Positions 34,545-45,184 of a stretch of 64,000 nucleotides of DNA are shown here, piece after piece. The notes under the pieces are model-generated. The model ran no database searches. It was not told where the DNA came from and saw nothing but the letters and a program-made list of their open reading frames with translations. How positions within the stretch are numbered: the first letter of the stretch is position 1; the number at the start of each line of letters is the position of its first letter. The stretch is from Phyllosticta citribraziliensis. Taxonomy: Eukaryota. The DNA lies in contig NW_027117346.1 in assembly GCF_038025025.1 (NCBI RefSeq), forward strand, positions 992,001-1,056,000. Reading direction: 5' to 3'. Made by a program: the position numbers and the translations under genes.

Positions 34545-35534
34545 ATGGCCAAAGAGTTTATACTTTACCACTACGACCCATCCACTGCCTTGGCCGCAGT
34601 CTTCATCTTCCTCTTCAGCAATGGATCACTGGCGCACGGATGGTTCTTGTGGAGACATAGGACTTGGTACTTTATTCCGTTCATCATTGGCGGCATTTGT
34701 AAGTTGATATTATACATTAAAGAGGTCGAGTTCCTCGCTAACTCGAGAATAGTCGAGCTTATTGGATATGCGGGCCGCTTCATCTCATCGCGACAGTCAC
34801 CCAACTGGGCCACTTGGCCTTACGTCATGCAGAGCTTGATGATTTTGCTGGCGCCAATCTTTTTCGCGGCTTCGATATACATGGTCCTCGGCCGAATTAT
34901 CCGCCTCGTTGACGCCAATTCTTACTCTCCCATCCGAGTGAACTGGCTGACGAAGATTTTTGTGGCGGGAGACATCATTTCCTTCTTTGTCCAAGCGGCA
35001 GGTGAGTAAATGTTTTTGCCATGGTTGAGCCTGAAGCTGATTGCCCTAGGCGGTGGAATGATTTCCAAGGCGAAGGACGATGACCAGGCCAAGTGGGGCG
35101 AGCGCATCATCATCGCCGGTCTCGTGATCCAGCTCATCTTCTTTGGTCTCTTCGTGGTCGCGGCCTGGGTCTTCCATTGGCGCATCATCCGGGCGCCCAC
35201 GCAAAAGGCCGAGGCGGTTTGGGGGCTGTTGCGACAGTACATGCTGGTGCTTTACGCTGCCAGCTTCCTGATCATTGCCCGCAATGCCTTCAGGGTAATT
35301 GAGTATGTCCAGGGATCCGATGGAGAGCTCATGAGCAAGGAGATGTGGATCTACATTTTCGATGCCACGCTCATGTTCCTCGTCATGCTGCTCTTCGTCA
35401 TCTGGCACCCGAGCCGCATCATCAACAGGAGCGCAGTCGCCTCCTCGACCGACGTTGAATCAGCGAGCGGAAGCCACTCCATGGTCACATTCTGGAAGCG
35501 AGGCACTGTGCAGAGGGAGTCATCTGTGCGGTGA
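34545..35534 (+). CDS. RTA1-family lipid-translocating 7-TM protein
   Basis: LYHYDPS..LAAVF, IPFIIGG, ELIGYAGR, LLAPIFFAASIYMVLGRII, TKIFVAGD..SF..QAAGGG, FRVIEY.QG.DG and YIFDATLM. Introns at about 34699-34752 and 35002-35049. Confidence 0.93.
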
Positions 35535-35540
35535 TTCCTC

Positions 35541-36778
35541 TCATGCAAAAGTGGATTTGCGGCGGATCATGTGGAGGCGTTCGCGGAGTGATCTGGTACT
35601 GCGCATGCTTTTTGTGTTCGGAGCGCCTGTTTGCGCCTCAACGGCCGACACGCGGGTCATGCGTGCGATCGACTCTGTACCCTTTTGGCTTTCTCTTTCC
35701 AACCAGGCAGCGAGGTCTTTTTCAAATTGTTCCCCGTTGAATTTCTTCGGCCATCCATTTCGAGCGTAGAGTCGTTTAATTTCCGTGTCGGACCCGGGCA
35801 GAGACGAGGAGAGCTGGAAGCCGCTGAGGCCTCGCATGGGGACCAGGGTCAAGGTGGTGAAGCTGTCGGCAAGGTCGCCGAGGACTTTTGCGGCTGGACG
35901 GGGGCTGAGACGGTCAAACTCATTGCGGCCTTGCTCTTTGCTGTACAGTTGGAATGGCGTGGCGAGTTTCATAGTCTGAGAGCTGACGTTGTAGACATAG
36001 AAGTTTCCGAAATCGGAGCAGGATTTGAACAAGAGAATCTCGTCGGGGCGTGACACTTCGAGCATGTCCTCGGCCTCGCCAGAATCAAGGTAGTTGATGC
36101 CGTAGGTGCCGTGATCCAGCTCGGGGCTGGCGCGTTGAATGACGGTGTTTTTCAAAAAAGGAATGTGGCACAGGATCTGGATCACGCGGCTGTCGAAGCC
36201 CAGCGGAGCCAGGACGGAGTGGATTTTGTCGTGCGGCGGCCAAATGAGCTCAGAGTCTGGAATGTAGCGCATGGCCACCAAAAGATTGTAAATGCGGCGC
36301 ACGCCCTGGATGAAGTCGCGATGAGGCTCCAGGGTGGGCGGGAGCTGGGCATGCTGGTCATCCTTGTCGACTTTGCGCAGGTCGAGGGAATCAGCGTCGT
36401 AATCGCAGCCATGAGTGCCTGGACCAAGTCAGCGGCGTAAGAAGGATTAGCGGGCGGCCGAGTGGTTGACGTACAGCGCGGTTTGTCACCGTCGCACTGG
36501 GGCTGGTGCTTGGAGCACAGCGAACATGCCGAGTCAGCAACCGACGGGGGCGGTGAGGGCGGCTTGGCGCGTTCGGTGTAGAAGTTGGCGCGCGTGCAAT
36601 TTGGGCCTAACGCAGGTCTGGGTTAGCTCCGTGTCCGACCCCAAGGCGACATGGAAACAGAAAACGCACAGTCGAGGGATTGGTCGCCAAGAACTGGCAG
36701 GGCGCCGCAGGCATTGCAGTTCTGGGGGCTCTGCCAGCCGTCGACGCCCAAGGTGGCGGGGTAGCTAGCGACCGACAT
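35541..36778 (-). CDS. Uncharacterised 372-aa protein with two N-terminal degenerate Zn2Cys6-like units
   Basis: Exons 36778-36670, 36606-36475 and 36418-35541 total 1119 nt in frame. Start context aaccaccATG, and both introns are GT..CTAAC/CTGAC..AG. The C-terminal part (YNLLVAMRYIP..LIWPPH..LGFDSRVIQILCHIPFL) looks like a globular fungal domain. Confidence 0.75.
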
Positions 36779-37056
36779 GGTGGTTTACAGAGGTAGAGGT
36801 AGAGATGGAGTGGAGAGTTGCTGGCGTGCGCGTTGCGTTGGTTTGCCGGGTTCCGCGGAAAAGTCGTCGGGGTGAGGGTCGGCAACGGCGACGGCGCTGA
36901 CGGCGAATGGTGGAACGCGGGGCGACCAAGTTACGGAACCATGGGAAAGGTGAATGAGGATGTTGGGAAGGGTTGGGTTGGGGGGAGGAGGATGAAGAAG
37001 TAGAAGTAGAAGTAGGAGCACAGGAAGAAGCGAGCAGGCTGGGCATAGATAGCAGT

Positions 37057-37089
37057 TGGGATGGGATGGGATGGGATGGGATGGGATGG
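37057..37089. repeat. (GGGAT)n microsatellite
   Basis: About 6 tandem GGGAT units, with (AGTAGA)n-like tracts nearby at about 36790 and 37000. Confidence 0.85.
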
Positions 37090-40000
37090 CGCTTGAGAGA
37101 TTATTCCGGATCCAGTTGAGGTTACCCTCCCAGCAGCACCGCACCGCAGCGCACTTAGGGGCGCCACCAGCTCGGCCGAATAGCCGATACCGTGTCATAA
37201 TAACAACTGAACTCCACCGCCGTGCTCGTCATCGCCATGACCAACTCATCTGCCACCCCACGGCCGCCTCACGCTGGCGACCACGAGCTGGGTGCGAGAT
37301 ATCCCCTAGGTAGCCCGTACGTCAGACTGCCGCTTCTCCGTCTTTGTCTTTGCGCGTCTTCCTCTTGCCCAACCTCACCTTTACGACTACTCCTCCCCAA
37401 TCTCCAAGCCCAGGGTGCTTGTGCTTGTGCTTGTGCCCACTCCACCCGGACTGCCAGGCGCCAGGTCCTGGCCTCAGCTCTGATCCAGGTGCGGTTCCCG
37501 AGGGCCAACGCTCCAGGTTCGCTTTGCGTCGCCTGCTCTGCTCAGGGCCGCTGCACTCGCCGCGGCAGCCCCCGTGCCCACCGAAATCCAGCCTCTCACA
37601 TCCCGCACGCCTACACCACGGTCTCCACCGGCGCAGAGCCTACATGTACGTCGTCTGGGGCGGCCACCGTCCTCGTCAAGTCACCAGTGCAACAATTGAC
37701 ATCACTCGGCGCCTCCCAGCTGCCTTTTCTGGACTCCCATTTGCCTCTCATCCCTCTGTCGCCCCCTTCCTCTGTCTCGCCTGCACAGTCCCGTCCCCCC
37801 AGAGCACCTCACTCCTTTCCCCAGATTGAAACCTAAATAAACTGAGAGGCGGAGTCGGGGTAATTCGCACGCCCCTTCGTGCATCCCGTCGAGCATGATT
37901 TCGACATCACTTGGCCCCCTCGATCGACCTGCGCTGCCATTCAGCCTCACTCGTCCTTGTCCCTGTCCCTGTCCCTCCCTGTCAGCCTGGGCTTCCCTCG
38001 GGTCGTCATTCTGCCTTGCACGTGGTTCGCCAGGAGGTGGGATATTCCAACTCGCCTTCCAGAAACAAGGCTCTTGGCAAGGCTACACCCAAGATTGCCA
38101 ATCCGGCCATGCATTTCGCCGCGCTTCCTTCGCAAACACAAGTCGATTGGCCAAGCGAATCCAGAGCTTTCTTTCCCTCCCCGGGACTGCTCCAGGTCAA
38201 GCAGCCCAGAAAACAGGAACGTTGCAGCGCATGTCCCCCTCCTGAACATGAACACGTCCGGATGGATGGAGGTTGCTGGGTACGTTACTTCTCTTGGTTG
38301 TGCACCACGAGGCCGTTGCATTTCAGGCCCCTTTTCCCAGCCAGTGATCTTCCATCATCTCCACTGTTGAGCACAGATATCCCCAAGTCTTGGCACTGCA
38401 CCCTCCTGTTTTGCCCACCATCAGCACCGCAGCCGCCTGCCTTTGGACAAAATACGGCCATGGCTATTATTCGTGTTGCGAAGCGGAACTTCGTCGGACT
38501 GCGCGTCGCCAATCAAACAGGTTGATCAAGTCATTGTCGTTGACAGCGTGTCTCTCTCGTCGTGGCCCCCCTAATGGGACACGCCAAATGCGTCCCTTCC
38601 CACGCCTGAGACTCTTTGAAACGGAGTGAAGGTTTGGCGCTGTCAAAAGTTCCAGCTTTCTGGGCCATCTTTTGTCGTCTCAAGGACAGCTCCCCAAGCT
38701 TCCGTCGTCGCAAGGTCTGGTCAATCTGGGACGCGGCCACGGACCGAATAGCAGAATCCACGGCGGCCACTGAGGGAAGCACATTCCAGGCTCGCGGGGT
38801 AGCAAGTCCTCGCAAGCCTTGCCCTGCAGCTGATGGTGTGCGGAATCGCGATGCTTGACTCGGCGCCGGACGGCCATCTGCCTGCTTTTGGTCCAGTCCA
38901 ATGACAAGGTTCGTCGACGACCCGCTGTAATTCAACCCGTTTCATTGGTTTGCCCACAACATCCCTTGGACCTTGGAATCTGCCAGTCTCAGTGGTTTGC
39001 TTCTGGGCCAAACCTATCCCAACTCAGACACCAAGGCCCCTATTCCAAAGGAGTATAGTATCGACCCACGCTCGCCGTTGCAGGACATGGACAGTACGAC
39101 GTGGCACGGCATGCCAATTGAAATTGGACTGTGGAGTCCCGAGACAGACGCATAAACAATGGACGCCCCGCAGACTCAATCCTCCACACGGCTGTGGTAC
39201 ATACACACATGTACGGGGGTTCTGATGGTGTACCTAACAAACGGAAAAGAGATAGGGCGTGACGTCAGCTGACGGGAATTCCGCTGGCCCAAGACTTGGC
39301 AGGCAGCGGACATGATGCGCCAAGCATCCGAGTGGGAGTTGACGAGGCTACGGACATGCACCGATGCATTTTTATTCCCACCAGTCGTGCCGTTGATGAA
39401 ACGCCAAGTTGACCCGTTTCAAGCACACCGAGCCGCGACAGCGCCGCGAAGCAGCCGACGACGACGCCGTTCGCGGCCTGCCATCTGTTGCCGACATCCG
39501 GCCCAGACTGCTCGACGTGAAGAATTACGCTCGAAAATGACAGCCTCAATGTGCGCGCCAATGGCAATGAATGGCAATCAGATGGATGGCCTGCCATGCC
39601 ACTCAAATCCGCCTCCGCCTCCGACTCCTCCAGTCCAAGATCTTCTGGCTCCCACACCACGGCCTCGCTCACCGCCGAACCTCACCGTCTTGCTTGAAAT
39701 CTTTGCACCCAGCCCGCCGCAAACAACTCACACCATGATGCCCACCACCTGCTGCCACTCAAGTGGAGCCCGCATCTCCCGTCCTGTCCTGTCCTGCCGC
39801 CGCAACCGTGCCGCGCCGAGTTCGCGTCTCTCGCGTCGTCCCGCCTGGCACTGGCAGCACCCACGCCAACGCCAACGGCAGCTCATCTCGCCTGGCGACT
39901 GCCGAACGAACCACGACCCTTTCGCCAAACGACCCGACGGCTTCCCACAAAAAATGTCAAGTCCCAGTCAAGCATGCTTATCTCTTGACGACGCGGCGAG

Positions 40001-40722
40001 TCAGATCCCAACTTGACGGATGCCCGTCTCCCTCAATTTTGAACCCAACCTCTCTCACCGTCAAAAGGACACCCTCAGGAACGGGGCGACGGTCGTGCCA
40101 TCGCCATCGGCCGAAACCTGGTGACAGACGGACAGTCGGTACATTCCTGGGCATCCTGACGTCAGCATCCGCTCGAGGCACGAGACAGTAACGCCATTCG
40201 GTTGCGGCGGGATTGTGAGATGGTGAGAGTGAACTGGTTCGTTTCTCCGGAAACGCCTCGGGGGAGGGGCGCGCTGGCTGACGACCCCAACCTCGTACGC
40301 TTGTCTCTGTTGGGCTCAAGTCGCTGTGGCACAATCACGTCGCGACGTTCGACGTTCGTTTGTCGCCCCCGTTTGTTGCTGAAAATAATGCCGACGGCGG
40401 CGAGCGCGAGCGCTGGCGGATTTCCGCAAACGTCAGCTTCCGTTCCTCACCACGTGTCCTTCGCCACGTGCCATGACATGTGTCTGACGAACTTGCTGGG
40501 ACGATGAGGTGAGTGCTGTGGCTTTGTGTCTTTGTACCTGCTGCAGTTGTCTGCAGGTGTCTTTAAGGCGTCAACGCAATGCGTCTGCCATGAGCGAGGA
40601 GAATGGTCCATTTGCGGTCAAAGGAAATTCTACATCTTGATTCAATGATCTGCTCTCACGACGACACGGTCATGACCACGCTTCCTTCCAACTTGCGGGA
40701 TGCCTCTTTCGTCAGCCAGTCC

Positions 40723-42774
40723 CTACAAATGAGACGACCTTGTCTTCTTCAGCGCCTCGTCGATGACAGCCGCCACCGCCAATAGCTTCTCGTCCTGGAA
40801 TGTCGGCGCAGCCAATTGAATCACAGTGGGCGCACCGTCAATCTCTTCAGGCACATCTGTTTCTGTCAGCTCTACGTTCTGCCGCGAGGAAGACCAGTCT
40901 TACAGTCAGGGCCCTTTACCCGGTCACCGATGACCATGGGCTCAGGGTCAAGTTCCTTTGACGCCTTTCCGACAGGCAAAATAGCCGCGGGGTACTACAT
41001 AGAGTCAGCATGGATGTGAGCGATTTTACCGGAAAACTTGCATTCAAGAGGTTCCAGATGGCCGTGTAAGGCGGCAGGATATACTGGTCATGCCTGACAG
41101 CCGTGTGCTGCGCTGCCGGCGCCATTATTACGTCCAGGCCCTTCTGCAACCACAGGCTGTGCCACGCCTCGACAAACTTGTACCTGGCCACGTTGAGGTC
41201 GGCCAGCTGGTCGATCGTCATGGCGGGCTTGTCGCCGCCCCCCAAGCTGCGACCAGTCGCCACACTCGGGACAAACGGCTCGCCGCTCTTGCGAACGTGC
41301 TCGCCAGAACTGTCGAGCGGATCCATGGTAAAGTACTTGAAGGACACACGAGTTGCATGGCCCACGCCTTCCTCCTCGACAAACGGCAGTGGAACGATCT
41401 TGTGGCCGGCACTCGCCAGCGCCGCCGCTGCGTCGGCCAACGCGCGCTTGACGGGAGGGTGCAGCGGCGCCGCCGGGTCCTCTGGCAGCACGCCAATCGT
41501 CAGCGGACGCTTGCTCAACTCGGCGTCTGCATCGCCTCGCAGGCCGCCGAGCCAGGGGACGCTGCTCGCGGTGGCGTCGTAAGTCCACGGGGCGGCGTCA
41601 ATGATAGCCTTGAATAACAAGCGCAGGTCGGCAAAGCTGTTTGCCAACGGGCCTGCCACTGCCGTGATGGGGTGTGGTGCTCCCACGAGTCCCGGGTGCG
41701 CTTGTCCCCCGTACGGGATCCGATCCGCTGTTGGCTTGAAGCCGTAGGTGCCGTTGCAGAGGGCTGGAATGCGGATCGATCCGGCAATGTCGGTGCCGAT
41801 TCCCAAAGGAGAGCCGCGCAGGGCGAGGAGGGCACCTTCGCCGCCGGACGACCCTCCTGCTGTAAGGTAAGTCTTGTGCGGGTTGAGCGTGCGCCCGAAG
41901 ACGTTGTTGTCCGAGTCGGCGGTCTGCGATCAAGTTGGCAATGGTGAGTATTCCGCAAGCATCGTAAGAAGCAAGACCTGAAGCATCCTGCGCACACTCA
42001 CCATCAAAGTCTGCGGTATGTTCGTCTTGACGTAAATCACTGCTCCCAATGAAAGCAAAATGTCAACCACCGCCGCATTGCGCTTTGCCGGACGATCCAG
42101 AAACGACACGTAGCCGATGCTGCTGTCGACGCCTTTGATGAAGAAGCTGTCCTTGACGCTGACGGGCAGTCCATGCAGAGGCCCGAACGGCTTCTTCTCG
42201 CGCGCCAGGTACTCGTCGAGGAAGCGGGCCCGCTCAATGGCCGTGTCGTAGAGGGTTTCGGTGAGGCAGTTTGTCTAGAGTCGCAGTTTAATTAGCGCAG
42301 GTGCCCCTGAAGTGCAGTGTACAGGGAGCATTCATGGTTTGTTTCTCTCCTCTCCTCATTCATCTACTTCATCAGACTTGCCATAAGTCGGCTTCCATCT
42401 CCAGCCATGCAGAATGAGCAGGAAAGGGCTCAAAGAAGAGCAAAGGGAATAAAATAAATCCAACTCACCAGCTGCCCCGCAACACACGCTCTCTTGCAGT
42501 ACGCCGTAACAACCTCCTCGGAGCTTATTTCGCCTTTACTCATCTTTTCGACCAGCGCGCTCGCCGTCGCGCCCTCTGTCAGCGCCAGCTCGCGCTCACT
42601 CAGCACCCCACTCTTGCGGACTACGTCGCCGGCGATGAGCTGCGTCGGCTCCGTAGCGCTGGCGTTGATTGCCTCAATGAAAGACGGCGACAGCTGCCAT
42701 GCCGCGGGAATTTGCGATGAGAGGGTTGCGCGCTTGCGGGCGACGAGGGTCTGCCAGTCTGTCGAGCTTGCCAT
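40723..42774 (-). CDS. Amidase-signature enzyme (acetamidase/FAAH-like) ending in SHL
   Basis: GPLHGLPVSVKD, YVKTNIPQTLM, GGSSGGEGAL, GIGTDIAGSIRIPA and WNLLN|YPA. Last exon IDGAPTVIQL...DEKLLAVAAVIDEALKKTRSSHL* (TAG 40725-40723). Several introns. Confidence 0.92.
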
Positions 42775-44172
42775 TGTTGCTGTTGTCGTGGTCGGCTGCG
42801 GTGAATCAATGCGTTCGTCGTGCGTTTTTGGCGAGCCGTTTATTTGGTGTTGTGAAGACTACACAAAGGTGTGTGTGGCGTTACGATGAGACTGACAGGC
42901 AAGTACCTTAGTGTTTTGGTCTGGCTCGAAAGTGTCAACGCATGCGTTGACGAGCAAGTAGGTACCTACCCACCTTGATGTATGCAGTAGGTGGGGTGGA
43001 GCGGGGTGGAGCACAGCTATCTTTAACCACCTGCCGTCAGCTTTCTTCCTTTGCAGGCAGAGTAGCGGGGCGGAGAGACTTGCCAACCCTTTCTTTTTTT
43101 CTGCGATTTGCTCCTGAAGTCAGCTAGTCAGTCAATCAGCGAGCGAATTTGTTTATCGAAGCAGCGGAGGGCTGGCAGGAGCAGACTAAGAAATTGGCAC
43201 AATGACAGTCCCGCTTGCTTTCACTCGCTCCCCTCTTCTTTTTGAATGCTTAACCGGAAAGGCCTTGGAGCTCGTCTACCTAGGTCCGCATTCATGCCTG
43301 CACTCCATCCGCCATGCCCACACCAAACGGAGGACGGAAGACGGAACGGAAAAGCTCCGCGGAGCCGTGCAAACAGTAGATGGCTGCCCAGCCATGATTG
43401 GCCAAGACGCACTCCGGCCGATACGTCAGAAAGGCGGAGGGGAGGGGGCGCGCGACGCAAGCAAGAGCGGGGCGGGGCAACGTGGTCTTGGGGGCTGCAA
43501 CAATAATTGCCGCGGTTGATGAGAGCCAAAGTGGTGTTGGTGGGGTATGTGAGATGAGGTGGGTGGGCAGCAAGAGATGGCGGACGATTTTCCGCTGTAG
43601 AGACAGGGTAGTAGCTACTTGCCTCTTTTGTAGGGGAGGGGGGCAGCAGCAGCCGTAGAGCTGGCGGACCGAACTGACCGAACTGATGAGGGCAAGCGGG
43701 AGGGCGAGGCGGCTGGAGTACTGCAGCGCCAATTCGCGATTGGAGTGCTGTGTGTGATGGGTCGTGAGATCGAGAAGTGGTGGTCTGCAAGTCAGGCGAG
43801 CTGGTCGATTTTCACACTTGTGCTTCCAGTTTGCTGCTGTATATATGTATCTCATCCACCGCACTTGCCGCCCCCAGCCAGACTGTCAGCTCAGCTCCAC
43901 AAACGACGCAGCCAGTGGCAAGGATCTCTGATAACGCAATAGAAAGGCAACAACGTAGATCATAAGCTCAGCTTACCACATGGCACGCGAGCAGGTGTTT
44001 GATAAACACAGCAACGGTGGGGTGGATAACGGAAGAGGACGTATCCTCCGAGCGGGCGAGCAAGAAAGGAAGCGATCACGTAGCAGGGAGGGGAGAGAAG
44101 TCAAGAGAGAGAAAGTATGAATGAGAGGACGAAATCTAGCATGTGCTAGCACCAAAACCTCACGAATGCCGA

Positions 44173-44291
44173 CACAGCGGGCGTCGAAAGAAACCCACGG
44201 TCTATCTACGGCAGTAAATGACTACCTGTATGAATGCTCCCTATACGCATTCTACTCCTAGGAGGTTTAATTTCTTTCGACACCCACTGTG
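44173..44291. mobile_element. MITE copy 2 (119 bp, inverted relative to copies 1 and 3)
   Basis: CACAGCGGGCGTCGAAAGAAA ... ATTTCTTTCGACACCCACTGTG. The reverse complement contains acctcctaggagtagaatgcgtatagggagcattcata, matching the interior of the other copies. Confidence 0.82.
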
Positions 44292-44554
44292 GCGGTCAAT
44301 GACACCTGGGTGATACGATACGCCCAAAGAGTACACGGAGAGAACGAAGGAGATTGAGTTGAGATTCGGTGTGGTGGTCAAGAACTCATCACAGGCTAGA
44401 AGGGCACGCACGTTGATCACACCGAGCCGATGAAGCTGCGTACAACATTCTATTCGATCATGTGGCTACATCCAGCAGGTCAGGAACCACTCGAATGCTC
44501 GACAGCTGGGACTATCCTCTTCGTCCCAGCCAACTGTCCTCCTAACGGTTTGAG

Positions 44555-44578
44555 AAGAAGAAGAAGAAGAAGAAGAAA
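44555..44578. repeat. (AAG)n microsatellite
   Basis: About 7-8 tandem AAG units. Confidence 0.85.
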
Positions 44579-45184
44579 GGGGGTGTAGAGAAGCAGAAGG
44601 TAAATGCAGCCGTCACGTTTGATGCACCCATCCAGTCAGTCCACCAACCCAATTCGTTCCATGAAGCGCAAAAAGACGGCAGTCGCAAAAGAAGGAAAAG
44701 AACAAGATGCGCCCCGCGCCCGTCCCGCACAACGCCGCGCGTTTTCAACGGGACAACATAGAGAAGCGTTCGTGCCAAAGGGCCCTGTGTCCCGAGGAGA
44801 CTCGGTGCTCAGGCAACGCGCAAGGAGGCAGGCAGGCTACGAAGGAAGCAAAAGAAAGCAAAAGCCTGATGGAGAAGAAAAGAAAAAGGGAACAGAACAC
44901 ACTCCAGCGCTGTGCAAATTACACAAAAAGTATAGTCTGAAAACACCCCAGGTGGAAATGAAAGATGAAACCGCTGGGTATAACTCGCTACCACTGCTGT
45001 GGGAAAGGGGAATACAGATGAAGGAAAGTTATAGGTGAAAACAAAAAAGGCGATATCTGGAGAACGTTAAGTATCGGCAGAGCCGATTGTTTTCGTCGGT
45101 ATGCGACACGTGTCAGTCATCCCTTGTCCACAGCGAATGACTGCTCCTTGAGCGTCGTTGTGACCACAGACACCTCCGATCCCA

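Noticed and set aside
28550..35534. Secondary-metabolite biosynthetic cluster
   Set aside because: No PKS, NRPS, terpene synthase or DUF3328 gene in the window. Kept only as a possible detoxification cassette.
37200..40500. Several 130-234 aa ORFs in a 3.5-kb gap
   Set aside because: Arg/Pro/Ser-rich random-looking translations with no consistent exon chain. A decayed gene or lncRNA cannot be excluded.
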